Source: Eledone cirrhosa
Lineage: Eukaryota
Direction: 5' to 3'
DNA: 64,000 bases
Assembly (NCBI GenBank): GCA_964016885.1
Contig: OZ024752.1
Span: forward strand, 24,862,001-24,926,000
Shown here: piece by piece, positions 13,510 to 28,046 of the stretch
Position numbering within the stretch: position 1 is the stretch's first letter
Layout of the letters: every line of letters starts with the position of its first letter
Program-made: the position numbers and the translations under genes
Notes under the pieces: generated by a model
What the model was told of the DNA's origin: nothing
Databases searched by the model: none
What the model saw: only the letters and a program-made list of their open reading frames with translations

Positions 13510-14110
13510 CTTAATTAGCAGTGAAAGAGGCTGCTCCGAAAGATGAATAGCTAGAATAAGGATAGGATGGAAAAAAGTTTAGAGAGCTTCTGCAACAGTT
13601 GACCACAAAAGGTTTCTCTCTCTGTACAAAAGGACAACTGTATGACACATGTGGGTGATGTGCAATGATGTGTGGTAACGAAACAAGGGCTGTGACTGCA
13701 GAGGATATGTAGACTGGAGAGAAATGGAACAACCATGCTTTGTAGGATATGTTGTGTAAGTTTGAGCGAAAGGCAGAGATTGGACAAGTTCAAGAAGAAG
13801 CTGGGTTTAAGAGTGATCTGAAGTGGTGTGTAAGAGAGAAGACTGTGTTTGTATGGATATGTGATGCACATGAATGACCACTGGGTGATGAAGTGCCAGG
13901 AAATCCCAGTAGAAGGAAGCCATAGTAGAGGTAGACTAAGAAAGACCTGGACAGAGGCTGTGTGAACTGACTTCAAATCACTGACTCTCACAGAGGACAT
14001 GACAAAGGAACACGACGAGTTGAAAGATGCCATGCTGAGAAGGACATGTCCAACCAAGCAAGCATGGAAAAACGGACATAAAAACAGCGATGATGTTGAT
14101 GAAGATGACG
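13510..14110 (+). mobile_element. Old RTE LINE 3' fragment with decayed (gat)n tail
   Basis: RIRIGWKKFRELL...YGYVMHM...WVMKCQEIPVEG...; ends ggacataaaaacagcgatgatgttgatgaagatg. Confidence 0.8.
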
Positions 14111-14314
14111 TACATATACACACATACATACACAAATAAATCAAACACAGATAGGCACATACTTATATACAAACATATACATGGACAGAAATTTCTACAC
14201 ACATACACTCACATATATATAACCTATGTAAATTCTAAACAATACAGTTTTGTCAGCACAACTCTTGGTTACAACTTCTAAATTGAAAGGAGAATAATTT
14301 CTCAGTAAAACAGT

Positions 14315-14320
14315 TTTATT
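14315..14320 (-). terminator. Candidate polyadenylation signal for ZF gene A
   Basis: AATAAA on the minus strand ~100 bp past the last degenerate finger. Confidence 0.3.
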
Positions 14321-14749
14321 CAAAATATTAACAACATTGGTGGCACTATTTTGGGTGAGTGACATGGTTTTTATCTTGTCTAATTGTGTTGTATTAAGTA
14401 ATCTTTACAAGAGAACGATTTATCACAGATATCACAGTGATATAGTTCCTCTCCTGTAGATGTTAGCGCGTAGTGAAGTCACAACATTTAGAGAAGCATT
14501 TACCAGACATCACGGTGATATAGTTCCTCTCCTATATGTGTTAGTATGTAGTGAAGCCACAACATTTAGAAAATGATTTACCAAATATATCAAAGTGATA
14601 TGTCTTCCCAGGTGTATGTATATGTTTCTGTGTAGTTAATGTAATATTCAAAGAGAATGATTTCCATCAGATGTCATGATGACATGTATTTGTATTGTCA
14701 TTAATTCACAAATTTGAGGGAATGATTTATCACTGATGTCAATGCGTTA

Positions 14750-16691
<1,942 letters not shown>

Positions 16692-17021
16692 AACTATTTC
16701 TTCTTCAACCGAATATACAGATATTTTCCTTGTAATAATTTTTATATATTTCTTATAAAATATTTCTTCTTCTATATTTCAGTTAATATCTGAAGATAAT
16801 ACAAAATTCTTTTTCATCCAAGTTTAGTTAAAATACAAAACCATCTCATAGTGAAGAAAATAAACGCAGTTTTGAGGAAATATTTCACAGTAATATGACG
16901 AGAGATTTATATAAACAGTGTTATATGAGATCCTAGAAAGTTTTAGTCTTAAAATGATGATAAATAGAGGTGATGTATCCAAGATTGAAAATAATAATTT
17001 ATCCCAATGTCATCTGATATT

Positions 17022-17040
17022 CTGAAATAAGAAAGAAACA
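17022..17040 (-). promoter_or_regulatory. Putative 3' splice acceptor of the ZF coding exon (paralogs at ~44426 and ~60668)
   Basis: The minus strand reads gtttctttcttatttcAG|aat, conserved ~330-350 nt upstream of the ATG in all three paralogs. Confidence 0.55.
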
Positions 17041-17329
17041 GTATGAGATAATACAGAATACTTTAGAAGCAGAGATAGATTTAACAGTGGAAATTTTATA
17101 TTTCTATATTGGTAAACTAGATATCAACTTTCCTGTCCAGAGCAATTCTCTCCAATGTAAGCAGTGGTATTCCAGCATGCTATATAAATTATATCCTTCT
17201 ATCTCTGGGGAGGTCTGCTCTATGGCAGTTTAGCAAAAAATTCATTCTTATAGGACTTATAAGAAAGAAACAGTATGAGATAATAGAGAATACTTAAAAT
17301 ACAGGGATAGATTTAACAGTGGAAATTTT

Positions 17330-17456
17330 ACCAGCGTCGAAGACATTACTTTTCCCCTAATATAAGTCTCAAAAATCTACCATACGTCCTGGAGGCCGAA
17401 GGTTGTTTATTATGTTTTTGCAAAAATTTTGACGACTTTGGCGCCGGTAAATACGG
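17330..17456. mobile_element. Tc1/pogo-superfamily MITE end
   Basis: Ends ...ggcgccggtaaatacgg|ta (a CCGTATTT-type TIR with TA); only one end is visible. Confidence 0.4.
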
Positions 17457-17844
17457 TACATTGGTAAACTGTAGAAATATACCTGTGTGATGTTTATTTA
17501 TATAAACCAAGGCTATATATATGTCAAACTACAGCTGCACCATCACGATAGCGGTGTCATCTAGTACAGGGCCCCAAAACTGTGGTAACCTTGTGAGATG
17601 GGTTTGGCAGGGCCGACTGGCTACCCTCCCCATAGTGGCGCAGCCAACTGGCCAGCCCTTCTCGTAACCTTACCATCCAGTACCAGTCCCCATAACTATG
17701 GTAACCTCATGAAAAGGGTTTGGCCCATCTGGCTGGCCACCTCTCCTCATAATGGTGCCACCCGGTACCAGGTCCCAAAATTATAGTTCCACTGTGAGAT
17801 GGGTTCAGTGCAGCCAAGTGGTCTGTCCCTCCTCATAACAGAGC

Positions 17845-18317
17845 CATCCAGTTCCACACTGTAAACATGGTTAATGTTAGTAAGGGAATCCAGCTGTAAA
17901 ATACCCTACCAAATTTACAGACTTCTCCTGAGCAAGGTGTGACACATGGCCAACCCTGGCAAGACTTGCCTCCTGGCGTGGATGACCCGTCTAACCCATG
18001 CAAGAATGGAAAAATGGACGTTAAATGGTGATGACACAGACATATATATATCCCACCCACACTGGACATGTAAAAGACACAGCAAAAAGCACCCAGCCCA
18101 CACTGTAAAGTGAACATGTAGGTGTCTTGGGAAATGCACCCAGTCCACACTGTCAATGTGGTTGGCGTTAGGAAGGGCATCCATCCGTAGAAAGCTAGCC
18201 AGAAACACCCCTATATGAGTGAGACACAGTCACCTGACCCAAATTGCCTCTAAATGGGACCCGTCTAACCCATGCTAGCGTGGAAGATGGACGTTAATTG
18301 ATGATGATGATGATGAT
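17845..18317 (+). mobile_element. Two tandem short RTE-related 3' modules or SINE tails
   Basis: Each has gttaggaagggcatcc...gacccgtctaacccatgc...ggacgttaa(tga)n. Confidence 0.7.
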
Positions 18318-18536
18318 ATATAATAAAATGTTGTAGTTTGCTTGAATCATTCTATATAAAATATAACATTGAAAGAGATAGAAGGCTAAACAATTCAAAA
18401 TGGACAGTAAGATGAGGTAAGGAAAAGTAAAAGTTACCTGGTAATCTTTGTTTTTTTGTTGTTGTTGTTTTTATTTGTCCAATATTGCGGGACCTAAAAG
18501 TCCTTTCTTCAGGGTTTACCCCTTTAGCATTTACAT

Positions 18537-21500
18537 TATCATCATCATCATCATCATTTTACGTCCGCTTTTCCCTGCTTGCAAGGGTGGGACGGGTCTT
18601 ATTCAGCACAGCATCTCTCCACTCGTCACGGTCCCTCGTCATCTCCACCGTGAGCTTCAATGATCTGAGGACTGTTCTCACCACCTCCGCCCATGTTTTT
18701 CGTGGTTTACCTCTACCACGTCTTCCTTCAACTGGCATTTCCTGGCACTTCTTCACCCATCGGTCATCCTCCATGCGCATCACATGTCCATACCACCTCA
18801 GTCTCCTCTCCCGTACACTACATTCTATCCCTCTCAGACACAGTTTCTCTCTCAACACATTTATGCTGGGTCGTTCACGCACATTGACATTGCACATCCA
18901 ACGGAGCATGCTTGCCTCATTTCTCTCCAGCCGTCGCATATCCTCTGCAGTTGCTGCCCATGTCTCACTACCATGCAGCATCGCGCTCCTCACACAGGCA
19001 TCATACAACCGGCCTTTCGTACACAGGGAGAAACCCTTCTTCGTCAACAGAGGAAGCAGCTCCCTAAACTTCTTCCAACCCGTCCTTATTCTAGATACTA
19101 TGGCCTCAGAACACCCTCCTCCCATGCTAATCTGATCTCCTAGGTACCGGAAGCTATCCACCACTTCTATAGCGCCCTCTTGCATTTGAAAAATGTGTCT
19201 ATCAGTGCGACTTCTACTGTCTAATTTCCCTGTACATCTACTGCATACATATTTCTCCCTACCTGTTAGTTTGCCTGCTATCCCGCTACATCTTTTGTGT
19301 ACCCAGGATCTGCATTGTGTGCATTTTATAGAATTTATGCCAGTTCCTTTTCTGCATATCGAACATGGCCATTTCCCTGACTGAATCAGGGTTTTGTCCT
19401 CTTTTCTACTCATCAACACTTTTGTCTTAGCTAGATTCACTCTCAGTCCTCTTGCTTCCAACTGCTGTTTCCATAGCCAGAATTTATTCTCTAGCTCCTC
19501 TACTGATTCTGCTATAAGAACCAGATCGTCAGCATAGAGAAGTTCCCATGGACAGCCAGTCTTAAACTCCTCTGTTATGGCTTGGAGGACTATAATGAAC
19601 AAGAGCGGGCTGAGGACCGAACCCTGATGTACTCCTACTTGTATCTGGAATTCCTCACTAAACTCCATTCCTACCCTGACTTTACTGAGAGTACCTCTGT
19701 ACAAAGTTTGCACTGTCCTCACAAGCCATTCCTCAACACCTAGCTTCCTTAGGGACCACCAGATGACAGATCGGGGTACCCTATCAAAGGCCTTCTCTAG
19801 GTCAACAAAGGCTAAGTATAGTGGCTTATTCTTCTCTAAGAACCTCTCTTGCATTTGTCTCACCAAGAAGAGGGCATCTGTTGTACTCTTCCCAGGCACA
19901 AAACCAAACTGCATCTCATCTAGTTTGACCCTTTCTCTAATTAGTTGTGCTAATATCCTTTCTGCCACTTTCATAACCTGATCTATCAGTTTTATACCCC
20001 TATAATTACTCCTCTCCAAAGCATCCCCTTTACCTTTGTAGCAATTTATGAGAATACTGCTGCACCAGTCTTTGGGTATGACACCACCATATATAGCCTG
20101 ATTGATGATGCGTGCAACCAGTTTAGTGCCTACGTCCCCTGATGCCTTCAGCATCTCAGCAACTATTCCCGATGGTCCGGCCGCCTTACCATTTTTCATT
20201 TCCCTTATCGCCTCTTGGACCCTATATTCGTCAATCTCAATAGCTGGTCCCTCTTTCGGATCTACCAAGGGTAATTTCTCTCTCTCCCATTCGTTCTCCA
20301 CATTCATCAGTCTCTCATAATGACATTTCCAGGCCTCCTTTTTCTGATCATTCGTGACACTAAGTACACCGGCATCATCCTGATTTGCATTGACACACTG
20401 CCTTGCAATGTGGAACACCGCACGCCTCTGATCTTCCCATTGCAGAACATTGGCAAACCTCCTACTCTCTGCCTCCCTGCGTGCTAAGTACACCTGACGT
20501 CTAGCTTCTCTCTTAGTGGCTGTATATTCTTCCCTACTCCCACCCTTTTTCCAAGCCTTCCATGCTAGTCTTTTGTCTCTACATTAGAGACAAAAGACTA
20601 CTACTGTGCTGTTCCACCACCAGGTCACTCTCCGTCTGGTTGGAGCTCTGCTCCAGCCACAGGTTTCATCAGTAGCCTGCAGCAAGTTGTCACGTAAGAA
20701 ATTCCAGTTATTATCTATGTCATACGTCTCTAAATCGTCTTCTTTTTCGTCATATACATCTTGAAGGGCTTTCCTAAATTTGTATTTTAGTGAAAGGTCT
20801 TTTAGCTTCCAGACCTTTCTTCTCCACACCTTCCTATATGTCTCATTCCATCTCTTGCTTACTGAGATATCACTATCAACTAACCTATGCTGTGGGGTAC
20901 ATTCTTCCCCAGGGTATGCCTTGGTATTAGACACTATCTGCCTGTCCCGCTGCCTAACTAGCAAGAAGTCAACCTGGCTTATGTGCTCACCAGATTTGTA
21001 GGTTATTAGGTGATTGGTAGGTTTCTGGAAGTTTGTGTTGCAAATAGTCAATGTACTCGCATCACAAAATTCAAGAAGTCTCACTCCTTCTTCATTTCTT
21101 GAACCGTAACCGTGCCCACCATGTACCCCCAGTGTAACCATCCTGGAGCTGTCCAACATGACCATTGAAGTCTCCTGCTAGCATAACGATGTCTCCGTCC
21201 TCTGTCATTGTGGTTGTTTGCAAAAGTTGCTCATAAAAGCAGTCTTTCTTATCTTTGCCTAGACCTGCTTGGGGAGCATAGACCGAGATGATTGTCAGTA
21301 GTCTCCTACCTACAACTAATCTAAGCTTAATTATTTGATTACTAACTCGAACTACCTCTATTGTCTTATTGATCCATTTCTCAGCCAGGAAAATGCCTAC
21401 TCCCCCTAGCCCATCATCCTTACCTACCCAGAATAGCTTATAGCTAAGACGCTTGCCTACGACTAGTCTCGCAGAGGCACCTCTCCATCTCACCTCTTGC

Positions 21501-21810
21501 ACGCAGCACACATCCACCTGCCTTCTCTCCAGCATCTCCGCTATTTCAGCAGATCTACCTCTGAGAGTGCCAACATTAAGTGTTGCAACTCTGAGATGTG
21601 ACGTCTTCATATTTTGTTGTTGTTCCTATTTGTTGCTGTGCTGATAAGCGTTTTGGCATTGATACACTGGTTGGATGCCCTTCCTAACACCAGCGCCACT
21701 TTACAGCATGGACTGGGTGCTTTTATTTGTGCCACCAGCACTAGAGAGGATGTCTTACTAGACTCAAGGGCCCTCTCTACCCCTCCATTTTACAGCATGG
21801 TCATAACTTA
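18537..21810 (-). mobile_element. RTE LINE family 1, near full length (APE endonuclease + RT), disrupted
   Basis: ORF 21092-21610 (LRVATLNVGTL, CVQEVRW, ISVYAPQ, AGDFNGHVG), ORF 20584-21165, and the 644-aa RT ORF 18559-20493 with YADD. (cat)n tail at 18537-18556. Confidence 0.97.
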
Positions 21811-21829
21811 TTGACACGACGCACACACA

Positions 21830-22570
21830 AACACTCACACACCAATACTCATGCATACAAACCACAACCACACACACGCCACTCACATACCAACACTCAT
21901 TCATACATACAATCACACACACCACTCACAAACACACATATATATACATATATTACCGACAGTACTGATACAAAATCAAAATCAAAATCATCAAAATCAA
22001 AATCAATATCATGTCAACTGTTGACCTTTCCCAGTCCGGTTCAGCTTGTATATAATAATAATAATAATAATTGTTTGCTTTACGCTGGTAATGGCGGTGG
22101 TGGTGGTGAATGGTGGTGGATGGTGTCAGTGTGGTGGTGGTGGATGGTATCAGCGTGGTGGTGGTGGATGGTCAGTGATGGTGGTGGCAGTTGTTGGTGC
22201 TGTAGTTGTTATTGTAGTTGTTGTTGTTGTTGTTCTTCATTTCACTGCTGCTGTTGCTGCAGACAATGGTGTTGATGCTGTTATTGCTGTCGCATATATA
22301 CAAATACATACATACACACACATTCAACACAGACGATGGTGTTGTTGCTGTTGTTGTTGTTGGTGTTGCTGCTGTTGTTGTTGTAGTTGTTGCTGTGTTG
22401 AAATCTGGTCGCATCCACTGAGATATACCTATACACACATATATATATGTATATACACATACATACATCAAAAGGGAGTCAGCAGTATGTCAACAGGGAA
22501 CAGGTCAGCCACCTTAGATAGAGTAATGTGGTGATGGTGGGGAGCGAGTGTAGGCGTTATTGTTATTGTA
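21830..22570. repeat. Compound low-complexity microsatellites (CA, AAT, GGT, GTT, TGC)
   Basis: Direct inspection; the poly-Cys, poly-Val and poly-Trp ORFs are artefacts. Confidence 0.9.
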
Positions 22571-22720
22571 GTGGCGGGGGGTCAGTGAGATATACAAGTT
22601 CATAGTTCACTTCTCTCTTTTCCTCTCTCTTCAAAATTTTTGAATTTATGGCCTTTTGCAATGGCGGACAAGTATATATAATATATATATATGAAGCAAA
22701 GAAAAAAAAATTTCACTGAT

Positions 22721-23030
22721 ACGAAAGATTTCCTGGTACAAGTTCAGGTGTATTCAGTGATTGGTATCCAGTTTCGGGGTATCCAATTAAAAAATCCAAC
22801 GAATCTTTAAGAGGGGTCCACGCAAGCATTGATATATATATGTATATATGTAAAATGTAAGCAGAAATAACAACGAAAGATTTCCTGGTAGAAGTTCAGG
22901 TGTATTCAGTGTTGGTATCCAGTTTCGGGGTATCCAATTAGAAAATCCAACAAATTTTCGAGAGGGGTCCACGCAAGCATATATATAGATATATATATGT
23001 ATATATGTAAAATGTAAGCAGAAATAATAA
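22721..23030. repeat. Tandem duplication, ~152 bp x2
   Basis: acgaaagatttcctggta...ggggtccacgcaagcat...aaatgtaagcagaaataa occurs twice. Confidence 0.9.
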
Positions 23031-23221
23031 CACATATACTAATGAACATACATTAAACACAGAGGAACTGTAAATGATAATAGCAATATTTAGATATAAA
23101 TATAAATGTACATATCTCTATTGGTCTCATAATTTTTCTCTTTCCTCTTGTGTGTAGCAACACGTGGTTGTGTGTTGCTGCTGACTCTAGCAGAGCCCGA
23201 GAAAACACGTCTTGCCCTTAC

Positions 23222-23543
23222 TACATATATACTATTATATTTACATGGTAAAGACTTTACCTCACATAACATTTACATTACATATATATACTATTATATT
23301 TTCACAGTAAAGTCTTTACCTCACCTAATATCTCACATAACATTTACATTACTCTGTATATACTATTATATTTCCATGATAAAGTCTTTACCTCACATAT
23401 GTCACATAATATCGAATCTATGAGATTTTGATATTATTTATATTGAGAACAATACCTTAATATCAGTAAGAGTGGCCAGTTACGGCTGGTTTGAACAGAA
23501 AAAGGGGACAGAATTCTGGCCGGTTTAAATGCTGAAGAGTTAA
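23222..23543 (-). mobile_element. Non-autonomous element end with internal ~50-60-bp tandem units (inverted relative to 36900-37325)
   Basis: Ends ggccggtttaaatgctgaagagttaa, a TTAA-type terminus. The units ctttacctcacataacatttacattac match the reverse complement of 37045-37325. Confidence 0.5.
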
Positions 23544-23647
23544 GCAACTTTCAGTGGATAATGTTCCAATTTCCTCTTTTCAGGATTAAATTTTGATTTT
23601 GATGAATATCTTTTCTAAGTCGTTTTCAAGCATTTTATAAAATGGAC

Positions 23648-24640
23648 GGAAGCTATGAAGTAGGAAGACCTAGTTTGAGGTGATAAAAGCTGACTTCACA
23701 CAATTGATGAAAGCTGTGAAGTAGGAATGCATAGTTTGAAGTGATAAAAGCTGACTTCACACAATTGATGGAAGCTATGGAGTAGGAAGACCTGAGATGA
23801 GGTGATAAAAGCTGACCCCACACAATTGATGGAAGCTTTGGAGTAGCAAGATCTAGATTGAGGTGATAAAAGCTGACCTCACACAATTGATGGAAGCTAT
23901 GGAGTAGCAAGATCTGGGATGAGGTGATAAAAGCTGACCTCACACAATTGATGGAAGCTATGGAGTAGGAAGACCTGGGATGAGGTGATAAAAGCTGACC
24001 TCACACAATATGGAAGCTATGGAGTAGAAAGACCTGGGATGAGGTGATAAAAGCTGACCTCACACAATTGATGGAAGCTATGGAGTAGGAAGACTTGGGA
24101 TGAGGTGATAACAGCTGACCTCACTCAACTGATGGAAGCTATGGAGTAGAAAGACCTGGGATGAGTTGATAAAAGCTGACCTCACACAATTGATGGAAGT
24201 TATGGAGTAGGAAGACCTGGGATGAGTTGATAAAAGCCAACCTCACACAATATGGAAGCTATGGAGAAGAAAGACCTGGGATGAGGTGATAAAAGCTGAC
24301 CTCACACAATTGATGGAAGCTATGCAGTAGGAAGACCTGGGATGAGGTGATAAAAGCTGACCTCACACAATTGATGGAAGCTATGGAGTAGGAAGACCTG
24401 GGATGAGGTGATAAAAGCTGACCTCACAAAATTGATGGAAGCTATGGAGTAGGAAAACCTGGGATGAGTTGATAAAAGGCGACCTCACGCAATTGATGAA
24501 AGCTATGGAGTAGGAAGACCTAGTTTGAAGTGATAAAAGCTGACCTCACAAAATTGCACTTCTCAAAGACAATGACACAGGATCGAGATCTATGGTGTTA
24601 TACAGTAATATAGAAGACCAGCCATCCCTAGCATTGGTAT
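23648..24640 (+). repeat. 61-bp minisatellite (~15 copies) derived from RTE 3' coding sequence, followed by the RTE continuation
   Basis: Unit gatggaagctatggagtaggaagacctgggatgaggtgataaaagctgacctcacacaatt. It runs into gcacttctcaaagacaatgacacaggatcgagatct, homologous to RTE 27665-27790. Confidence 0.9.
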
Positions 24641-24899
24641 CAATGACACCCACATGGACATCAATACATATCTATATATACACACCTAACATATCGAAGA
24701 TGCCCGTCGGTCACTAATGACCAAGTGATTTGCAACTAGAAAGTTCCCCTCTGAGGCACAAGTCTGGTTGTTTGAGGAAGACCAGCAGTCACCCAAGTAT
24801 AACAGTCTACCCTCTCCACGCCACCGATGTTGTCCAAGGGAAAGGTAATGGCTGATACAGCTTAGAACCAGTGACATCACTACATATATATACACTATA

Positions 24900-25788
24900 C
24901 GAGGTGTGTCAGAAAAGTTCCAGGACTGATGTCACAAAAGATTTATTTCAAACCCAAACTTCACACTAAGAGTTTTCTCCTTCAAAGTAATCCCCCTGGA
25001 GTATGTAACTGTAATCTTAGCTCTCTGCAGCAATCAAACTTTTTTCTTCATAAATTTATATACATGTCCTCTGTTTCCAGTCGTCAAACAATGAGCACAG
25101 AGCAACAAACAAACTTGAAAACTCCGTCAGAAACACTGGGATTGCTGCAGCAAGTATATGGAGATGATGTCACGCTCACGTGTTTTTGAGAGGTGCAAGA
25201 GGTTTAAAGAAGGATGCGAGGACGTGGAAGATGACCCCAGGAGCGGATGGCCCTCAACAACCAGGACTGAGGTCAACGTTGAGTGCATCAGGCAGATGGT
25301 GCGTAGCGATCGTCGGCTGACTGTTCGACTGATGGCAAATGAGCTGGGCATGAATAAAGACAGTGTCTGGAAGATTCTCACTGAAGATTTGGACATGCAG
25401 AAAGTCTGCGCGAAGATGGTGCCAAAACTGCAGAACGATGACCAGAAGTGTCGATGCAGGCAAGTGTGCCAGGACATCCTCGAGCGTCTTGAAACCGAAC
25501 CAGACCTGCTAGGGAGTCATCACCGGTGATGAGTCATCGATCTTCGAGTACGAGCCGGAGGGGACCCGTTTTGAAGACGTGGACGACATCAAAAAGGCTG
25601 TGACGACGGAACTGCGGAGAGTCCCGGAAGAATCCTTCCAGGAGTGCATGCAAGCGTAGCAGAAAAGGATGGAAAAGTGCATTAGACTCCAAGGGGATTA
25701 CTTTGAAGGAGAAAACCCTTAGTGTGAAGTTTGGGTTTGAAATAAATCTTTTGTGACATCAGTCCTGGAACTTTTCTGACCCACCTCG
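24900..25788 (+). mobile_element. Internally deleted mariner element with ~103-bp TIRs and TA target duplication
   Basis: TA|cgaggtgtgtcagaaaagttcc...ggaacttttctgacccacctcg|TA. Transposase remnants include SRSRVFERCKRFKEG.EDVEDDPRSG, AKMVPK, ITGDES and GDYFEGE; the catalytic middle is missing. Confidence 0.93.
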
Positions 25789-26429
25789 TATATATATTAT
25801 ATATACACTGTGTACAATATATATTATACACTATATATGTTGTCCAAGGTAAAGGTAATGGCTGATACAGCTTGGTACCAGTGACATCACAACATATATA
25901 TATATATATATAGACTGTGTACAATATATATTATACACTATATATGTTGTCCAAGGGAAAGGTAATGACTGATACAGCTTGGCACCAGTGACATCACAAC
26001 ATAATTATATATAACTTATATCCCAGACATCCATAGATTATCTGTATTCTACAGCTATCTCTCTTCCCCAATTTCAAAATGTTCTGTTTACATTATTATT
26101 ATTATCATTCACTTGTTTCCACAACTTCGACCATGTTTTTGATATAAACCATGTTGGACATTGTGTCTTTCTCTACAAACTCATCCCTAACCCTCGCCAT
26201 TACCCCCCCCCCCTTCTCTCACTCATTCATTTCGGTGTTTACAAAGCTAGTTGACCATCTTCAAAATTCTTGCATATTTGCCTTGTCTAATATGCCTACT
26301 TATATCTGCTTATTTCCCCCGAATCTCCTGTGATGATATATGTCATGATGGCTACCTATCTCACAATTTTCCACTAACCACCATAGGCTATTTGACCAAT
26401 CAAACCTCAGCAACATGTCCTTACCCATT

Positions 26430-26590
26430 ACCAGCCACAACAAACTCTGCCATTACTACTACTGTCCTTCTAGCCCTTACCAGCCCCAACAAACTCTGCC
26501 ATTACTACTACTGTCCTTCTAGCCCTTACCAGCCCCAACAAACTCTGCCATTACTACTACTGTCCTTCTAGCCCTTACCAGCCCCAACAC
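26430..26590. repeat. 49-bp tandem repeat x3
   Basis: cagccccaacaaactctgccattactactactgtccttctagcccttac repeated. Confidence 0.9.
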
Positions 26591-28046
26591 TGCTACAAAT
26601 TTTTCTGAGTGGGAAATGACAATGGGATGGGTGGTGTAGGTATACTATTAGCTGACAAATGGGTAGATAAGATAATAACCACACATATTGTTAACCAGGT
26701 AATACTAGAGGGTGGCATACCAAAGAATTGGTGCAGCAGCATCATCGTCAACTGCTATAAGGGTAAAGGAGATGCTCTAGATAGAAGAAACTATAGAGGT
26801 ATAAAGTTGATGGACCAGGTCATGAAAGTAATGGAAAGGGTCATAACACATTTGATCAGGGACTGGGTAAAACTAGGTGAGATGCAGTTTGGGTTTGTGC
26901 CAGGAAATAGCACCACTGATGCTCTGTTCCTTGTGAGGCAGTTACAGGAAAAGTAGCTAGCTAAAAGTAAGCCGCTCTCCTTGGCTCTTGTCGATCTGGA
27001 AAAAGCCTTCGACAGAGTGCCTCGTGCTATAAGCTGGTCGGCTCTTAGAAAACTAGGAGTAGATGAATGGCTTGTGAAAGCTGTACAAGCCATGTATAGG
27101 GGAGCAGTCAGCAAAGTTAGGCTTAACAATTACTATAGCGAGGAATTTAGTGTACAGGTCAGTGTCCACCAGGGCATCTATGGCAGAACTAAAGAAACAA
27201 ACACCACCAAACTCTGGGAGAGCTCTGTAGAAACAATAGACAGCTTTTGCTACCTTGGTGACCGAATGAGTAGCGGAGATGGGTGTTCTGAAAGTACAGT
27301 AACCAGGGTAACAACTGGATTGAAGAAGTTCAGGGAGCTACTGCCACTGCTAGCTACAAAAGGCTTTTCCCTCAAAATGAAAGGCAGACAGTATGATGTA
27401 TGCATACAAACAGCAATGTTACATGGTAGTGAGACCTGGGCACTGTCTGTAGAAGACTTGCGTAGATTAGAAAGAAACGAAGTTTGCATGCTCCGATGGA
27501 CGTGTAATAGTAATATATGCGAACGGCAAAGCATTAACAAATTGAGAGAGAGACTGAGCATAAGAAGAATCAAATGTTGTGTGCAGGAGAGGGGGGTTGT
27601 GTTGGTATGGACATGTGATATGAAGGATGATAGCTACATAAAAAGGTGCAGAGCACTAGAAGTCGATGGAAACCGCGGAGTGGGGAGACCCAAGAAGATC
27701 TGCTACGAGGTGATAAAAACCGACCTTACACAATTGCACCTCTCAAGAGCGATGACACAGGACCGAGACCTCTGGCTTCATGCGGTAATACTGAAGCACA
27801 TAGACAATATGCCCCCACCCCTCCCACTGTAAAGTGGCCGTGGAGGTGTCACGACAAAAAAGCAGCCATCACTGACTGTGAGGATGGTGTTAGGAAGGGC
27901 ATCCAGCTGTAGAAATCAAGCCAAAATCAGTTCCCATCTGAACAAGACAAGGTCACCCGACCTGGCACTGCCTTCAACAAGACAACCTGTCTAACCCATA
28001 CTACCGTGGAAGAAGGGACGTAAAACGGTGATGATGATGATGATGA
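26591..28046 (+). mobile_element. RTE LINE family 3 with two internal deletions
   Basis: The EN motif GNDNGMGGVGILLADKWVDKII is fused directly to RT (IVNQVI...). VHQG then jumps past YADD to the C-terminal part. (gat)n tail. Confidence 0.9.

Noticed and set aside
18485-19135. Recurrent antisense ORFs over RTE 3' ends (also at 3297, 42019, 48888 and 62319)
   Set aside because: They are shadow frames of the same LINE sequence; recurrence reflects copy number, not independent conservation.
22650-22670. YY1-like aatggcgg promoter motif
   Set aside because: A single short motif on the strand opposite the ZF genes, with no other support.
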